A stretch of 52,788 bases of DNA from a virus (Duplodnaviria; Caudoviricetes). Position 1 is the first letter of the stretch, and each line of letters starts with the position of its first letter. The translations under genes and the position numbers were made by a program. Location: positions 1 through 52,788 of IMG/VR virus record IMGVR_UViG_3300042516_004385, one strand, 5' to 3'. Of the stretch, positions 7,359-16,515 are shown piece after piece. The notes under the pieces are model-generated. The model did no database searches. It saw nothing but the letters and a program-made list of their open reading frames with translations, and was not told the DNA's origin.

Positions 7359-10106
7359 ATGGCAGTTTTAAATGCAATGCAGCTAAAGGCCGGGGCAAAG
7401 GTTGAGCCTTTATATGGCAAAACCCTTGGTGGTATATACCAGCCTTACCAGATGTTGCCGATGAAAGAAAAGGATCAGCAATGGACGGCTCAGGTAATGG
7501 ACTATATTGAATGGACTGGCATGAGGCAACTCAAACGGACTGCAGGTAAAATGCTGAAGAACTATAAGCTGGCTAATGCACAAATTGAAAAAAGTGATTA
7601 TATCATAGCAGAAAGTGACTACAGTGAAGTAATTGAACCATTGATAAAAGAAGATGTCTCTGCTCTTGAATTGAAGTTTTATCCTATTATCCCTACTGTT
7701 GTTGATGTTCTTACCAATGAGTTTTCTAAAAGGTATTCTCGGATAACTTTTGAAATGAGGGATGAACAAAGTGCTAATGAGTTGTTACAAGAAAAGTATA
7801 AAGATGTTGAGCAGGTACTTTTACAAAAAGCTACACTAAAACAACAACTTGCTTTGCAACAAATGGGCATGGATCCTGAATCTGAAGAAGCTCAACAAAT
7901 GATGAATCCTCAGGCAATTAAAAGTTTGCCGGAGATTCAAAGATTTTATGCAAAAGATTATCGTTCTATTTATGCTGAATGGGCCGAACATCAAATGGCA
8001 GTTGACAATGACAGGTTCTCAATGCAAGAACTGGAACGCCAAAACTTCAGAAACTCTCTTATAACTGATAGGGAGTATTGGCACTTTGTTATGGGAGAAG
8101 ATGACTATGTTTTAGAGACATGGAATCCTACCCAGGTATTTTACCGTAAGTCTCCTAATGTCAGATACATGTCTGATGCTGCTTGGGTAGGTATGATTAC
8201 CCTTATGACAGTACCAGAAGTTATTGACAAATACGGATGGATGATGAGCCAGGACCAGATGGAAACACTTAACTCTCTGTATCCTGTTCGTGGTGCAATG
8301 TACACTCAGACCGGTTTAGGTAATGAGAGTGGTGCATTTTATGATCCTACCATGTCATATGAATGGAATACTCAGGGCCCGGGTGTAGGCATGAGACAGT
8401 TTATGAGTGCTTACAACACACATAAAAGTAACGGTGATATTATACGATGGATCCTTGATGAGAATGAGGATCTTCAGGATACTGACTCAGCTTACCTTGT
8501 AAGGGTAGCAACTATCTACTGGAAGACTCAACGTATGATGGGTCACCTGACTAAGATAGATGAGACAGGTATGGTCATCCAAGAAATAGTTGATGAAAGC
8601 TATAAAATAACAGACAAGCCTTTATATAACACACTGGTTTTCAAAGAGAAAAGTAAAGACAACTTAATTTTTGGAGAACATATTGATTGGTTTTGGATGA
8701 ACGAAACCTGGGGAGGATACAAGATCGGCCCCAATATTCCTGGCTTTATAGGGATGAATAACCCTTCTGGTTTTGCCCCCATGTATGTTGGTATGACCGG
8801 AGGTATTCCAGGTAGAATCAAATATCAATTTAAAGGTAGTAAAACAACCTGGGGTTGCAAACTACCGGTAGAAGGTCGTGTATTTAATGATTACAATACT
8901 CAGAGCAAATCCTTAGTAGATAGATTAAAACCATATCAGGTAGGTTACAACATGGTACTGAACCAGATACAGGATATTCAAATAGATGAGCTTGGTACCA
9001 TTATAGTATTTGACCAAAGGACACTGCCTAAGAACTCAATGGGTGAGGATTGGGGTGAGAACAATATCCAAAAGGCTTACCTGGCAGCTAAGAACTTCTC
9101 AATGATTCCGATAGATACTTCTATCCTGAATACAGAAACTGCTATTCAACAAATGCCTTTCCAGAAAATAGACATGAGTCAGCATGAAAGGATCATGTCA
9201 AAGATCAGACAGGCTCAGTGGATTAAAGAAGAAGCACTTGCATCTATAGGTTTGAATCCTCAACGTATGGGTACACCTATAGATCAATCACAAACAGCTA
9301 CCGGTATAGAACAAGCTATTGCTGCTTCATATGCCCAAACAGAACAGTACTTTATCCAGCACTCAGATGAATTAATGCCAAGAGTTCACCAAATGAGAAC
9401 TGACCTGGCCCAATTCTACCAATCAACAAAACCATCCTTGCGTTTACAATATGTGACTAAGGATGAAGAAAAGGTATTGTTTATGTTGAATGGAGAAGAT
9501 CTTGTAGGTAGAGATATTAATGTAAGTTGTCATACCAGGGTTGGTATGCGTAATATTCTTGAGAACATTAAACAGATGATGCTTAAGGATAATACTAGCA
9601 ATGCAACTCTTTGGGACAGAATTAGGGCAATCAAAGCTGATGATATGGTTGATCTTGAAAATGGCCTTAAGGCTATGGAACTTCGTCATCAGAAGGAACA
9701 AGAAGATCAGGCACGTCAACAACAAGAAGCTCAACAAGCTGAACAGGAGCATCAGGCACAAATGCAACAACAACAGCAGCAATTTGAAGCCGAACAGAAA
9801 CAGCTTGATAGAGATACTCGTATTCAAGAAGCTGAAATTAGAGCTGCCGGTTTCTCTGGTGCAGTGGATATAAACAAGAATGAACAAAATGACTACCTGG
9901 ATAATATGAAGTTTCTTGAGTCACAACGTCAGTCTACTGATAAGATGAATCTGGAAAGAGATAAACATATTACAGATACCAGACTTGAGCAAACTTATTT
10001 GGACATTCAGAGACAAAAGATAGCTGAACAGTCCAAAAGAACCACTGCTCAGTTACAAGTAGCAAAAATCAACAATAAAGTTAAGGACAAAAACAAAAAA
10101 AGCTAA
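7359..10106 (+). CDS. portal protein
   Basis: 915 aa between terL and scaffold/MCP; FYPIIPTVVDVLTNEF, SLVDRLKPYQ..YN, IGLNPQRMG..QTATG..QA are crAss-type portal motifs; Q-rich coiled-coil C-terminus. Confidence 0.88.
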   Translation: MAVLNAMQLKAGAKVEPLYGKTLGGIYQPYQMLPMKEKDQQWTAQVMDYIEWTGMRQLKRTAGKMLKNYKLANAQIEKSDYIIAESDYSEVIEPLIKEDVSALELKFYPIIPTVVDVLTNEFSKRYSRITFEMRDEQSANELLQEKYKDVEQVLLQKATLKQQLALQQMGMDPESEEAQQMMNPQAIKSLPEIQRFYAKDYRSIYAEWAEHQMAVDNDRFSMQELERQNFRNSLITDREYWHFVMGEDDYVLETWNPTQVFYRKSPNVRYMSDAAWVGMITLMTVPEVIDKYGWMMSQDQMETLNSLYPVRGAMYTQTGLGNESGAFYDPTMSYEWNTQGPGVGMRQFMSAYNTHKSNGDIIRWILDENEDLQDTDSAYLVRVATIYWKTQRMMGHLTKIDETGMVIQEIVDESYKITDKPLYNTLVFKEKSKDNLIFGEHIDWFWMNETWGGYKIGPNIPGFIGMNNPSGFAPMYVGMTGGIPGRIKYQFKGSKTTWGCKLPVEGRVFNDYNTQSKSLVDRLKPYQVGYNMVLNQIQDIQIDELGTIIVFDQRTLPKNSMGEDWGENNIQKAYLAAKNFSMIPIDTSILNTETAIQQMPFQKIDMSQHERIMSKIRQAQWIKEEALASIGLNPQRMGTPIDQSQTATGIEQAIAASYAQTEQYFIQHSDELMPRVHQMRTDLAQFYQSTKPSLRLQYVTKDEEKVLFMLNGEDLVGRDINVSCHTRVGMRNILENIKQMMLKDNTSNATLWDRIRAIKADDMVDLENGLKAMELRHQKEQEDQARQQQEAQQAEQEHQAQMQQQQQQFEAEQKQLDRDTRIQEAEIRAAGFSGAVDINKNEQNDYLDNMKFLESQRQSTDKMNLERDKHITDTRLEQTYLDIQRQKIAEQSKRTTAQLQVAKINNKVKDKNKKS

Positions 10107-10119
10107 GAGTGCATTTTTC

Positions 10120-10136
10120 TAAACATAGAATGTTTT
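10120..10136. promoter_or_regulatory. palindromic operator-like site (copy 1) TAAACAT-AGA-ATGTTTT
   Basis: Near-perfect inverted repeat; perfect copies at 29001 and 44448. Confidence 0.6.
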
Positions 10137-10154
10137 TCTTGTCCCAGATTATTG

Positions 10155-10177
10155 TATATTAATATTGAACCAACAAA
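10155..10177 (+). promoter_or_regulatory. -7-like element TATATTAA followed by leader TTGAACCAACAAA
   Basis: Same arrangement at 13204-13226; no clear TTTG -33 element here. Confidence 0.5.
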
Positions 10178-10186
10178 TAAATATAA

Positions 10187-11452
10187 ATGCAAACTACAGT
10201 AACTACAGAAGTTGTAGATCTTGACAAATTGTTCCCGGGTGTAGATACAGGAGATGTACTTACATCCAAGGTACCAAATATCTTGAGTAATGATAATGAC
10301 ATGTCGTTTTTGGATAAGCCGGTGCCAGCAAACAAAACTGAAGATGTCACAGATCCAAAGTCTGAAGATGAACCCGCTAAAGCAAAACCAATTGTCAATG
10401 AAACAGAAGCTAACAAGATTCTGGATTCGATAGGCAAGGATGATGAAGATGATGACGATGAGAATGGAGGTAGTACACAAAGCGGAACAGGAAGACCAAA
10501 ATCAGATAAGAATGCCCTGGCAGGATATCTGAAAGAAAAGATAGAAGCAGGAGAGTTTTCTGCTTTTGAGGATTGGGATGAAAAGAAACAAAGTCTTGAC
10601 GAGTATCTTTCAAAGCAATCTGAAAAAACACTGCATCAAATGCTTGATGCAAATTGGGAGTCCAAGGAGAGAGAACTTCTTGAACGCACCCCACAGGAGT
10701 TCTTTGAAGCATTACCGGAAGAGCTGCAATATGCTGCAAGGTATGCACTGGAAGGTGGACAGGACATGAAGAGTCTGTTTGCTGCACTTGCAAGGGTTGA
10801 GCAGGTAAGGGAGTTAGATCCTGAGGATGAAGATGGTCAAATTATCATAGCCAGAAATTATCTACAGGCAACAAACTTTGGTACATCTGATGAGATTGAA
10901 GAGGAAATAGCTAACTGGAAAGAAAGCAATCGTCTTGAAAAGAAAGCTAAGGATTTTAAACCAAAGCTGGATCAGATGCAGAAACAGCAGGTTGAATATC
11001 AGCTTGCACAACAGGCAGAGTTCAATCGTCAACAAAGAGAAGCTGCTCAGATGTATGTATCGAATGTTGGCCAGGCTCTTCAGAAAGGTGATCTGAATGG
11101 AATAAAGCTTGATAGAAAAACACAAGCTATGCTTTATGAAGGTCTTACCAATGTTGCTTATCCAAGTGCATCAGGTAAAGCAACAAACCTTTTGGGACAC
11201 ATGTTGGATAGGATCCAGTACGTTGAACCAAATTTTGAATTACTTGCAGAAGTAACATATCTGCTGGCCGATCCGGATGGATATAGAAACAGTATAAGGC
11301 AACAAGGTAAAAATGCTGCAGTTACTGAAACAGTAAAAAAGTTAAAAACAGAACAACTGCAGAACAATGGTAGTTATAGTGTTGATGATGTTGAAGAAAC
11401 TAAGTCAAGTAAAAAGAAGCTCATCAAACCGAAAAACTTATTTGAACGATAA
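10187..11452 (+). CDS. acidic scaffolding-like head protein
   Basis: Very acidic, low-complexity N-terminus, coiled coils; lies between portal and MCP as in crAss-like phages. Confidence 0.65.
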   Translation: MQTTVTTEVVDLDKLFPGVDTGDVLTSKVPNILSNDNDMSFLDKPVPANKTEDVTDPKSEDEPAKAKPIVNETEANKILDSIGKDDEDDDDENGGSTQSGTGRPKSDKNALAGYLKEKIEAGEFSAFEDWDEKKQSLDEYLSKQSEKTLHQMLDANWESKERELLERTPQEFFEALPEELQYAARYALEGGQDMKSLFAALARVEQVRELDPEDEDGQIIIARNYLQATNFGTSDEIEEEIANWKESNRLEKKAKDFKPKLDQMQKQQVEYQLAQQAEFNRQQREAAQMYVSNVGQALQKGDLNGIKLDRKTQAMLYEGLTNVAYPSASGKATNLLGHMLDRIQYVEPNFELLAEVTYLLADPDGYRNSIRQQGKNAAVTETVKKLKTEQLQNNGSYSVDDVEETKSSKKKLIKPKNLFER

Positions 11453-11488
11453 ACAATTTTGTAAACAATTAAAATAGATAAATAAACA

Positions 11489-13111
11489 ATGAGTACTCCA
11501 GTTTTAAACAATGGTATCGCACTTCGTGATAACGTGTACGAGATAGGCTCGAACTACGACTCCTATCACTTGTATAATATGATGAAGGATGCGAAACCTA
11601 CCGATCTCGGTCCCATCGAATTTTGGGCTAACACACAGGTTGCACAGATGCCCCTGTACGCATTCTCTAACTTTGGTAAAGGTAATACCATTGATGTAGA
11701 TGATCCTCGTGGTCGTTACACATGGCAGACACCGGTTGCAAACGATCTTCCTCAGATCACTCGTGACATTGACCCACAGGACGGTAAGAAAGGTTTGGCT
11801 GAAAGGTCTTTCCGTATCGTGTTGAACCGTAGGGAATATGGTCATACTGCAGTCCTGACATTCGATAAATATCGTGGTCTGGAGTTCAGGGTAACTGAAG
11901 ATCCAATCGTTTCTATGGGTAACAACGAGTTTGTTTACACATGTAAACTGATCAACAACAACTCTGCTGCTTATTTGGATAACAAATACCTGGTACCTGG
12001 TACCAAAGTATTCCGTGTAACGTCTGGTCGTGGTGAATACGGTGAGCGTTGGGATGACGTTGTATCTCGTGCCGGCTACAGGGAGTTCTATAACATCCTG
12101 GGTAACGCTGAAGCGAATGCTTCTTACCACATCACTCAGAGAGCTGATGCAATGATGCGTAACGGTCAGAATACAGGCGGTATTCCGGTAACTGAGATCT
12201 GGAAAGTTAACGATCCATCTCTTCGTGCTGATCCATCACTCCGTACTCTGGAAGACATCTCAACTCGTCTGGGCCAGGTAGGTATGCTGAAAGCAATGAA
12301 AGAAGGTCAGATCAGCAAAGCGTTCATCACTGAGATTGAGCGTCAGGCTATCAAGAAAGTAACTACAGACCTCGAAACTTACCTTATGTGGGGTAAAGGT
12401 GGTCGTGTTCAGCAGGATGGTCCGGATGATCTGAGATTCTCTACAGGTCTGTGGATCCAGTCTGACAACGGTTACAAGAAAGTGTACAATGTTGGTACTT
12501 TCAGTACAGACATGTTCAACTCTGAAATCTACAACTACTACATCGGTAAGGTGAACTTTGACGGTCCTGATCCTAAGCGTAAGCTGATTGTTCAGACTGG
12601 TCTGGCCGGTATGCAGCAGATGAACAAAGCTATTCAGCAGTTTGCTATCAACTCTGGTCTGGTACAGAACGCTCACGAGCTGGGTGCTATCAAGGGTGAA
12701 GCTCTTGACTTGGACTTCGGTTACGCTTTCACATCGTACACAATTCCATTCTTGGCAAACCTGAAGTTTGTTATCAACCCTGCGTTTGACAACGTGGAGG
12801 CTAACGAGATCGAGAATCCGATCATCAACGGTTTCCGTCTGTCATCTTACAGCTACATCATCTTTGACGTAACTGATCGTGGTACAGATAACATCAAAAT
12901 GCTCCGTGACAAGCACGATCACGAGTTCCACTGGATGTACCAGAACGGTACTGCAGACTACATGGGCCGTACAAAAGGCTTCCAGTCTTCAGGTGACTTC
13001 AATGGTTACAAGGTGAAAATGTTCCAGAAGCAAGGTGCTCTGGTTGTAATGGACCCTACAAGGTTGCTGAAGATTGTGGCTAAGAACCCAATCACAGGTT
13101 ACTCTCTGTAA
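11489..13111 (+). CDS. major capsid protein (crAss-type, HK97 fold)
   Basis: 540 aa; position; motifs RGEYGER, LMWGKGG, TGLWIQ, LIVQTGLAG, VINPAFD, VMDPTR; strongly biased codon usage (CGT, GGT, AAC, TTC) and a downstream terminator. Confidence 0.88.
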   Translation: MSTPVLNNGIALRDNVYEIGSNYDSYHLYNMMKDAKPTDLGPIEFWANTQVAQMPLYAFSNFGKGNTIDVDDPRGRYTWQTPVANDLPQITRDIDPQDGKKGLAERSFRIVLNRREYGHTAVLTFDKYRGLEFRVTEDPIVSMGNNEFVYTCKLINNNSAAYLDNKYLVPGTKVFRVTSGRGEYGERWDDVVSRAGYREFYNILGNAEANASYHITQRADAMMRNGQNTGGIPVTEIWKVNDPSLRADPSLRTLEDISTRLGQVGMLKAMKEGQISKAFITEIERQAIKKVTTDLETYLMWGKGGRVQQDGPDDLRFSTGLWIQSDNGYKKVYNVGTFSTDMFNSEIYNYYIGKVNFDGPDPKRKLIVQTGLAGMQQMNKAIQQFAINSGLVQNAHELGAIKGEALDLDFGYAFTSYTIPFLANLKFVINPAFDNVEANEIENPIINGFRLSSYSYIIFDVTDRGTDNIKMLRDKHDHEFHWMYQNGTADYMGRTKGFQSSGDFNGYKVKMFQKQGALVVMDPTRLLKIVAKNPITGYSL

Positions 13112-13135
13112 TTCTACTTGTTCATTATATATATC

Positions 13136-13170
13136 AAAATGGTGTGGTTCAAAAGACTACACCATTTTTG
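13136..13170 (+). terminator. rho-independent terminator after MCP
   Basis: AAAATGGTGTGGT-tcaaaag-ACTACACCATTTT hairpin ending in a T run. Confidence 0.8.
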
Positions 13171-13180
13171 TTTATATTAT

Positions 13181-13211
13181 TTTGAAAATTCGTACTTTTG
13201 TTGTACATTTA
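13181..13211 (+). promoter_or_regulatory. Bacteroidota-type promoter TTTG-N19-TACATTTA
   Basis: Spacing matches the Bacteroidota -33/-7 consensus (TTTG-N19-21-TAnnTTTG); an overlapping canonical TACTTTTG lies at 13193-13200. Confidence 0.65.
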
Positions 13212-13235
13212 ACTTGAACCAACAAACTAAATAAA

Positions 13236-14303
13236 ATGAATATCAAAACAGGTAGCAGGGTTAGCATTAAACCCTACATCAGTGGATTGCCAAATGCAGG
13301 ACTTGAAAAGTATGATATGGTTGTAGCCGATGGTGCACAACACAAAGAGCTTTTGGGTCTCGTAGAACGTAATGGAATCAAATGTTATCTGACAGGTCTT
13401 AATGAATTAGCACCTGAGGTACAGAACATTAAAGATCCGGAAAAGAAAGAAGCTGTTATCAGAGACATCCGTAAGACTGTAGTATTTCTTGAGAACTCCC
13501 TGGCCGGTAACTTTACACTTACTGAAAAGGATATTGATGAGTATGACGAGAAAGGAAAAGCTACCGGTAAATTGTCAGATACATTCTGGGGTAAGGTAAC
13601 AATGTTTATCTCACAGGCTCCGGACAAGTTTGACGATAAGAAAAATCGTATCCCTACGTATTGGGATAGTGTAGAGATCAAGTGCTCAAACAGTACAACT
13701 TATCTCGATCCAAAGAATCCACATGATCTTATTTTGATATATGCTATCCAGGCCGGTGGTTTCCTGTGTGTCGCTCCTTCTATGGATGCTGCAAGAAACG
13801 CAGTAGAGCCACCAAAATGGTATCTGGATAAAGAAGAAGAAACTGCAAGCATTAAGACTGAACTTAAGAAACTCCGTAACCAGGCCGGTGCAGAACTTCA
13901 GAAACTGTATGATAAGGATCAGACAAAGCTTTTCTACATTACAAAGCTTTGTGCAGTGAACTCTTTGAGTTACAGAAAGACTACTCCAAATGATATTATG
14001 TACGATGATTGTGATAAGTACATCAATGGTGAAACAGTAGACAAGAATAAAAAGATGACTGCTGAGAAATTCATTGAATACTCTAAACAAGCATTGGCAG
14101 AATTACGTGTTCAGGCTATTGTGAAGGATTCTACAGAAATGCAACTTTTGACTTATAAGACAGATGGTCAGCTTTACTACAATGCTACCGGAACTCCTAT
14201 GGGTAAGAGTATCAGTGATGTAGTGAGATTTTTACAAAATCCTCTTAACAACGATGTCCTTACAAGTATTACGGACAAAGTTGAAGAGGAGTGGGTGAAG
14301 TAA
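13236..14303 (+). CDS. conserved crAss-like capsid-module protein (post-MCP gene)
   Basis: 355 aa gene following MCP; GLEKY, YLTGLNE.APEV, YLDPKNPHDLI. Confidence 0.6.
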   Translation: MNIKTGSRVSIKPYISGLPNAGLEKYDMVVADGAQHKELLGLVERNGIKCYLTGLNELAPEVQNIKDPEKKEAVIRDIRKTVVFLENSLAGNFTLTEKDIDEYDEKGKATGKLSDTFWGKVTMFISQAPDKFDDKKNRIPTYWDSVEIKCSNSTTYLDPKNPHDLILIYAIQAGGFLCVAPSMDAARNAVEPPKWYLDKEEETASIKTELKKLRNQAGAELQKLYDKDQTKLFYITKLCAVNSLSYRKTTPNDIMYDDCDKYINGETVDKNKKMTAEKFIEYSKQALAELRVQAIVKDSTEMQLLTYKTDGQLYYNATGTPMGKSISDVVRFLQNPLNNDVLTSITDKVEEEWVK

Positions 14304-14322
14304 CCTCTTAAATCAACATAAA

Positions 14323-14388
14323 ATGGCAAAAGGAAAAAAGCCAGCACCAATGCCGGCACCGAAACCGAAAAAAGGAAAAATGTGTTAA
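14323..14388 (+). CDS. 21-aa Lys/Pro-rich micro-protein MAKGKKPAPMPAPKPKKGKMC
   Basis: ATG after ACATAAA; the ORF fills the intergenic gap and has strongly non-random composition. Confidence 0.55.
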   Translation: MAKGKKPAPMPAPKPKKGKMC

Positions 14389-14391
14389 CCG

Positions 14392-15099
14392 ATGACCAAC
14401 GAGTTATTACAGGTAAAATTCCAGCAAAGGCTTAACAAGCTATCATCCAACGACTATGGAAACATAGAGTGTTGGATGGTAGCTGAAGCCTTTAACAAAG
14501 CCATGGATGCTTGGGTATCCCGGCAGTTGCAGGGTATTAACCAAACTAAGAGTACTGCAGAAGGATCAATCAGGAGCATAGACAAGCTTCAGATCATTCT
14601 TAATCAGGCACCTCTTACAATGGTTAACCAGGGCATCTATTGGGAATGTGATGTACCAAGCGATTATGTTGAATGGTCAAGAATAAGTGCTGAGGCCCAG
14701 GCCGGAGATTGCTGTCCACCGAGAAAGCTGAAAATCTTTTTGGGTGAGGAAGCGGATATCGACCTTGTGCTTTTGGATAAGAACAGGCAACCTTCTTATG
14801 AATGGGCCGAAACAGTTGCTACTGTTATAAATGGAAAGTTTAGGATATACACAAACAAATGTTTTGATGTTGTAAATCCTGCAATTACTTATTACAGAAG
14901 ACCTGCTCACATAAAGATAGTTGGGTGTACCGATCCTGATACAGGATTGATTGTACCTCCGGGAGGTGGTGTAGAATGTGAGTTTCCAAATAACGTAATA
15001 GAGACTATTATTGATGAAGGTGCAGCAATTCTTGCTGATGATATGGATAACTATAACAAAATGCAAGCACTAAATCAAAATGCGGAACATAGTAACTAA
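14392..15099 (+). CDS. head-tail ring/adaptor protein
   Basis: RLNKLSSNDY, AFNKA, TYYRRP.HI, ECEFP...IIDE.A.IL resemble crAss ring proteins; position in the capsid module. Confidence 0.65.
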   Translation: MTNELLQVKFQQRLNKLSSNDYGNIECWMVAEAFNKAMDAWVSRQLQGINQTKSTAEGSIRSIDKLQIILNQAPLTMVNQGIYWECDVPSDYVEWSRISAEAQAGDCCPPRKLKIFLGEEADIDLVLLDKNRQPSYEWAETVATVINGKFRIYTNKCFDVVNPAITYYRRPAHIKIVGCTDPDTGLIVPPGGGVECEFPNNVIETIIDEGAAILADDMDNYNKMQALNQNAEHSN

Positions 15100-15126
15100 T
15101 TGAGTACTTTAATAAAACTCTAATAA

Positions 15127-15624
15127 ATGTCTTTACCAGTACTAAACCGATTAGGGTTTTGGTATGCCACCACTAACACACCATCTCTTGCAGATGGTGT
15201 TGGTACTTTAGGGGATTGCTATCAGATTGTAACTACGGATCTGACAGCAACTCCTCCTGCCGGGTACTTTATGTATAACCGGAATTTGGGCAGTGGTACA
15301 AAGACATGGATATCAACTCTTTATATCTACTATGACGGTGCCGAATGGCAGATGATCGGTGGTGCAGCAGGTGGTGCAGGTACGGGTACAGTTACTCAAG
15401 TAAATACTGCCGGCCTGATTTCAGGTGGCCCGATAACAACCACCGGTACCATAACTACTTCCATGAATACCAATAAGTTGGTTGGTAGAAGTACTGCCGG
15501 CACAGGTGTTATGGAAGAGATTACTGTAGGTTCCGGTCTTACTCTTAGTGGTGGTACGTTAACTGCAAGTGGCTCGGGATCAGGATCAGCATATGAACAA
15601 CAATTTTTATTAATGGGTGCATAA
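15127..15624 (+). CDS. fibre/decoration protein, Gly/Thr-rich
   Basis: GTGTVTQV, GGPITTTGTIT, EEITVGSGLTLSGGTL fibre repeats; ends FLLMGA. Confidence 0.7.
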   Translation: MSLPVLNRLGFWYATTNTPSLADGVGTLGDCYQIVTTDLTATPPAGYFMYNRNLGSGTKTWISTLYIYYDGAEWQMIGGAAGGAGTGTVTQVNTAGLISGGPITTTGTITTSMNTNKLVGRSTAGTGVMEEITVGSGLTLSGGTLTASGSGSGSAYEQQFLLMGA

Positions 15625-15626
15625 TT

Positions 15627-16190
15627 ATGGCAAAAACTACAAAAATAAAATGCAATTGTCCAAGTTGTGGGATCGAAAGGTTTGTAAGAGGAGATAGAAG
15701 TCATAGGGTTTGTAGAAAATGCTCCTATAAAAAAATATCTGAATCTCGTAAAGGGTGGATACCTTCTGAAGAAACTAAACAAAAAATGTCAGAAGGAGCT
15801 AAGAAAAGAACATGGACTGAAGAAGAGAAAGAAAAAAGAAAACAAGGGTTAATAAAAGCTCATACTGGAAATAAATATAGTTTAGGTAAAAGAAAAGAAA
15901 ATTCAAAATATTCAGAAAATTATAGAGATAGAAGAATATTTAGAGCAGCTTTACAAAAATTGATATTTGAAAGAGATAATTATTCTTGTAAACATTGTAA
16001 TAAAAAAGGAGGATATTTACAAGTAAACCATATAAAAGAATGGTCAAAGTTTCCAGAGCTAAGGTTTGATATTGACAATTGTGAAACTCTTTGTATGGAC
16101 TGTCATTATAAACATACATTTAATAAAGAAAAACCAAGTCATATAAAAAATTGGGGACATAATTTAAGTAAAAAGTTAGAAAAAAAATGA
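15627..16190 (+). mobile_element. free-standing HNH homing endonuclease with N-terminal Zn-ribbon and NUMOD3-like repeat
   Basis: CPSC...CRKC, SEETKQKMSE, ERDNYSCKHC...QVNHIKEW...NCETLCMDCH; visibly more A-rich than flanks. Confidence 0.85.
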
Positions 16191-16513
16191 ACGTATACAA
16201 AATATTAGGACAATCTTCTCCAATTGCTACAACAGAAACAACTTTGTATACTGTTCCGGCAGCTACCTCTACTATAAGTAGTTCAATCATTATTTGTAAC
16301 AGAGGTGCTACTCAAACAACTTTTAGAGTAAGTATTTCTCAGAGCGGTGGTGTTACTGCTAATAAGGATTATCTTTATTACGATGTAACACTTGCCGGCA
16401 ACGATACATTCATTGCAACAATAGGTGTAACTTTGGCTGCAACTGATGTTGTAAGAATATATTCAGGTAATGCAAGTTTGTCTTTTCAATTGTTTGGAAC
16501 AGAAATATCATAA
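16187..16513 (+). CDS. small beta-rich virion protein
   Basis: YKILGQSSP.ATTETTLYTVP...SSIIICNR...FQLFGTEI pattern, common in phage fibre modules. Confidence 0.7.
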   Translation: MNVYKILGQSSPIATTETTLYTVPAATSTISSSIIICNRGATQTTFRVSISQSGGVTANKDYLYYDVTLAGNDTFIATIGVTLAATDVVRIYSGNASLSFQLFGTEIS

Positions 16514-16515
16514 TC

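Noticed and set aside
9690-9810. CAA/CAG-rich repeat-like tract in the portal gene
   Set aside because: Encodes the Gln-rich coiled-coil portal C-terminus; not a DNA-level repeat element
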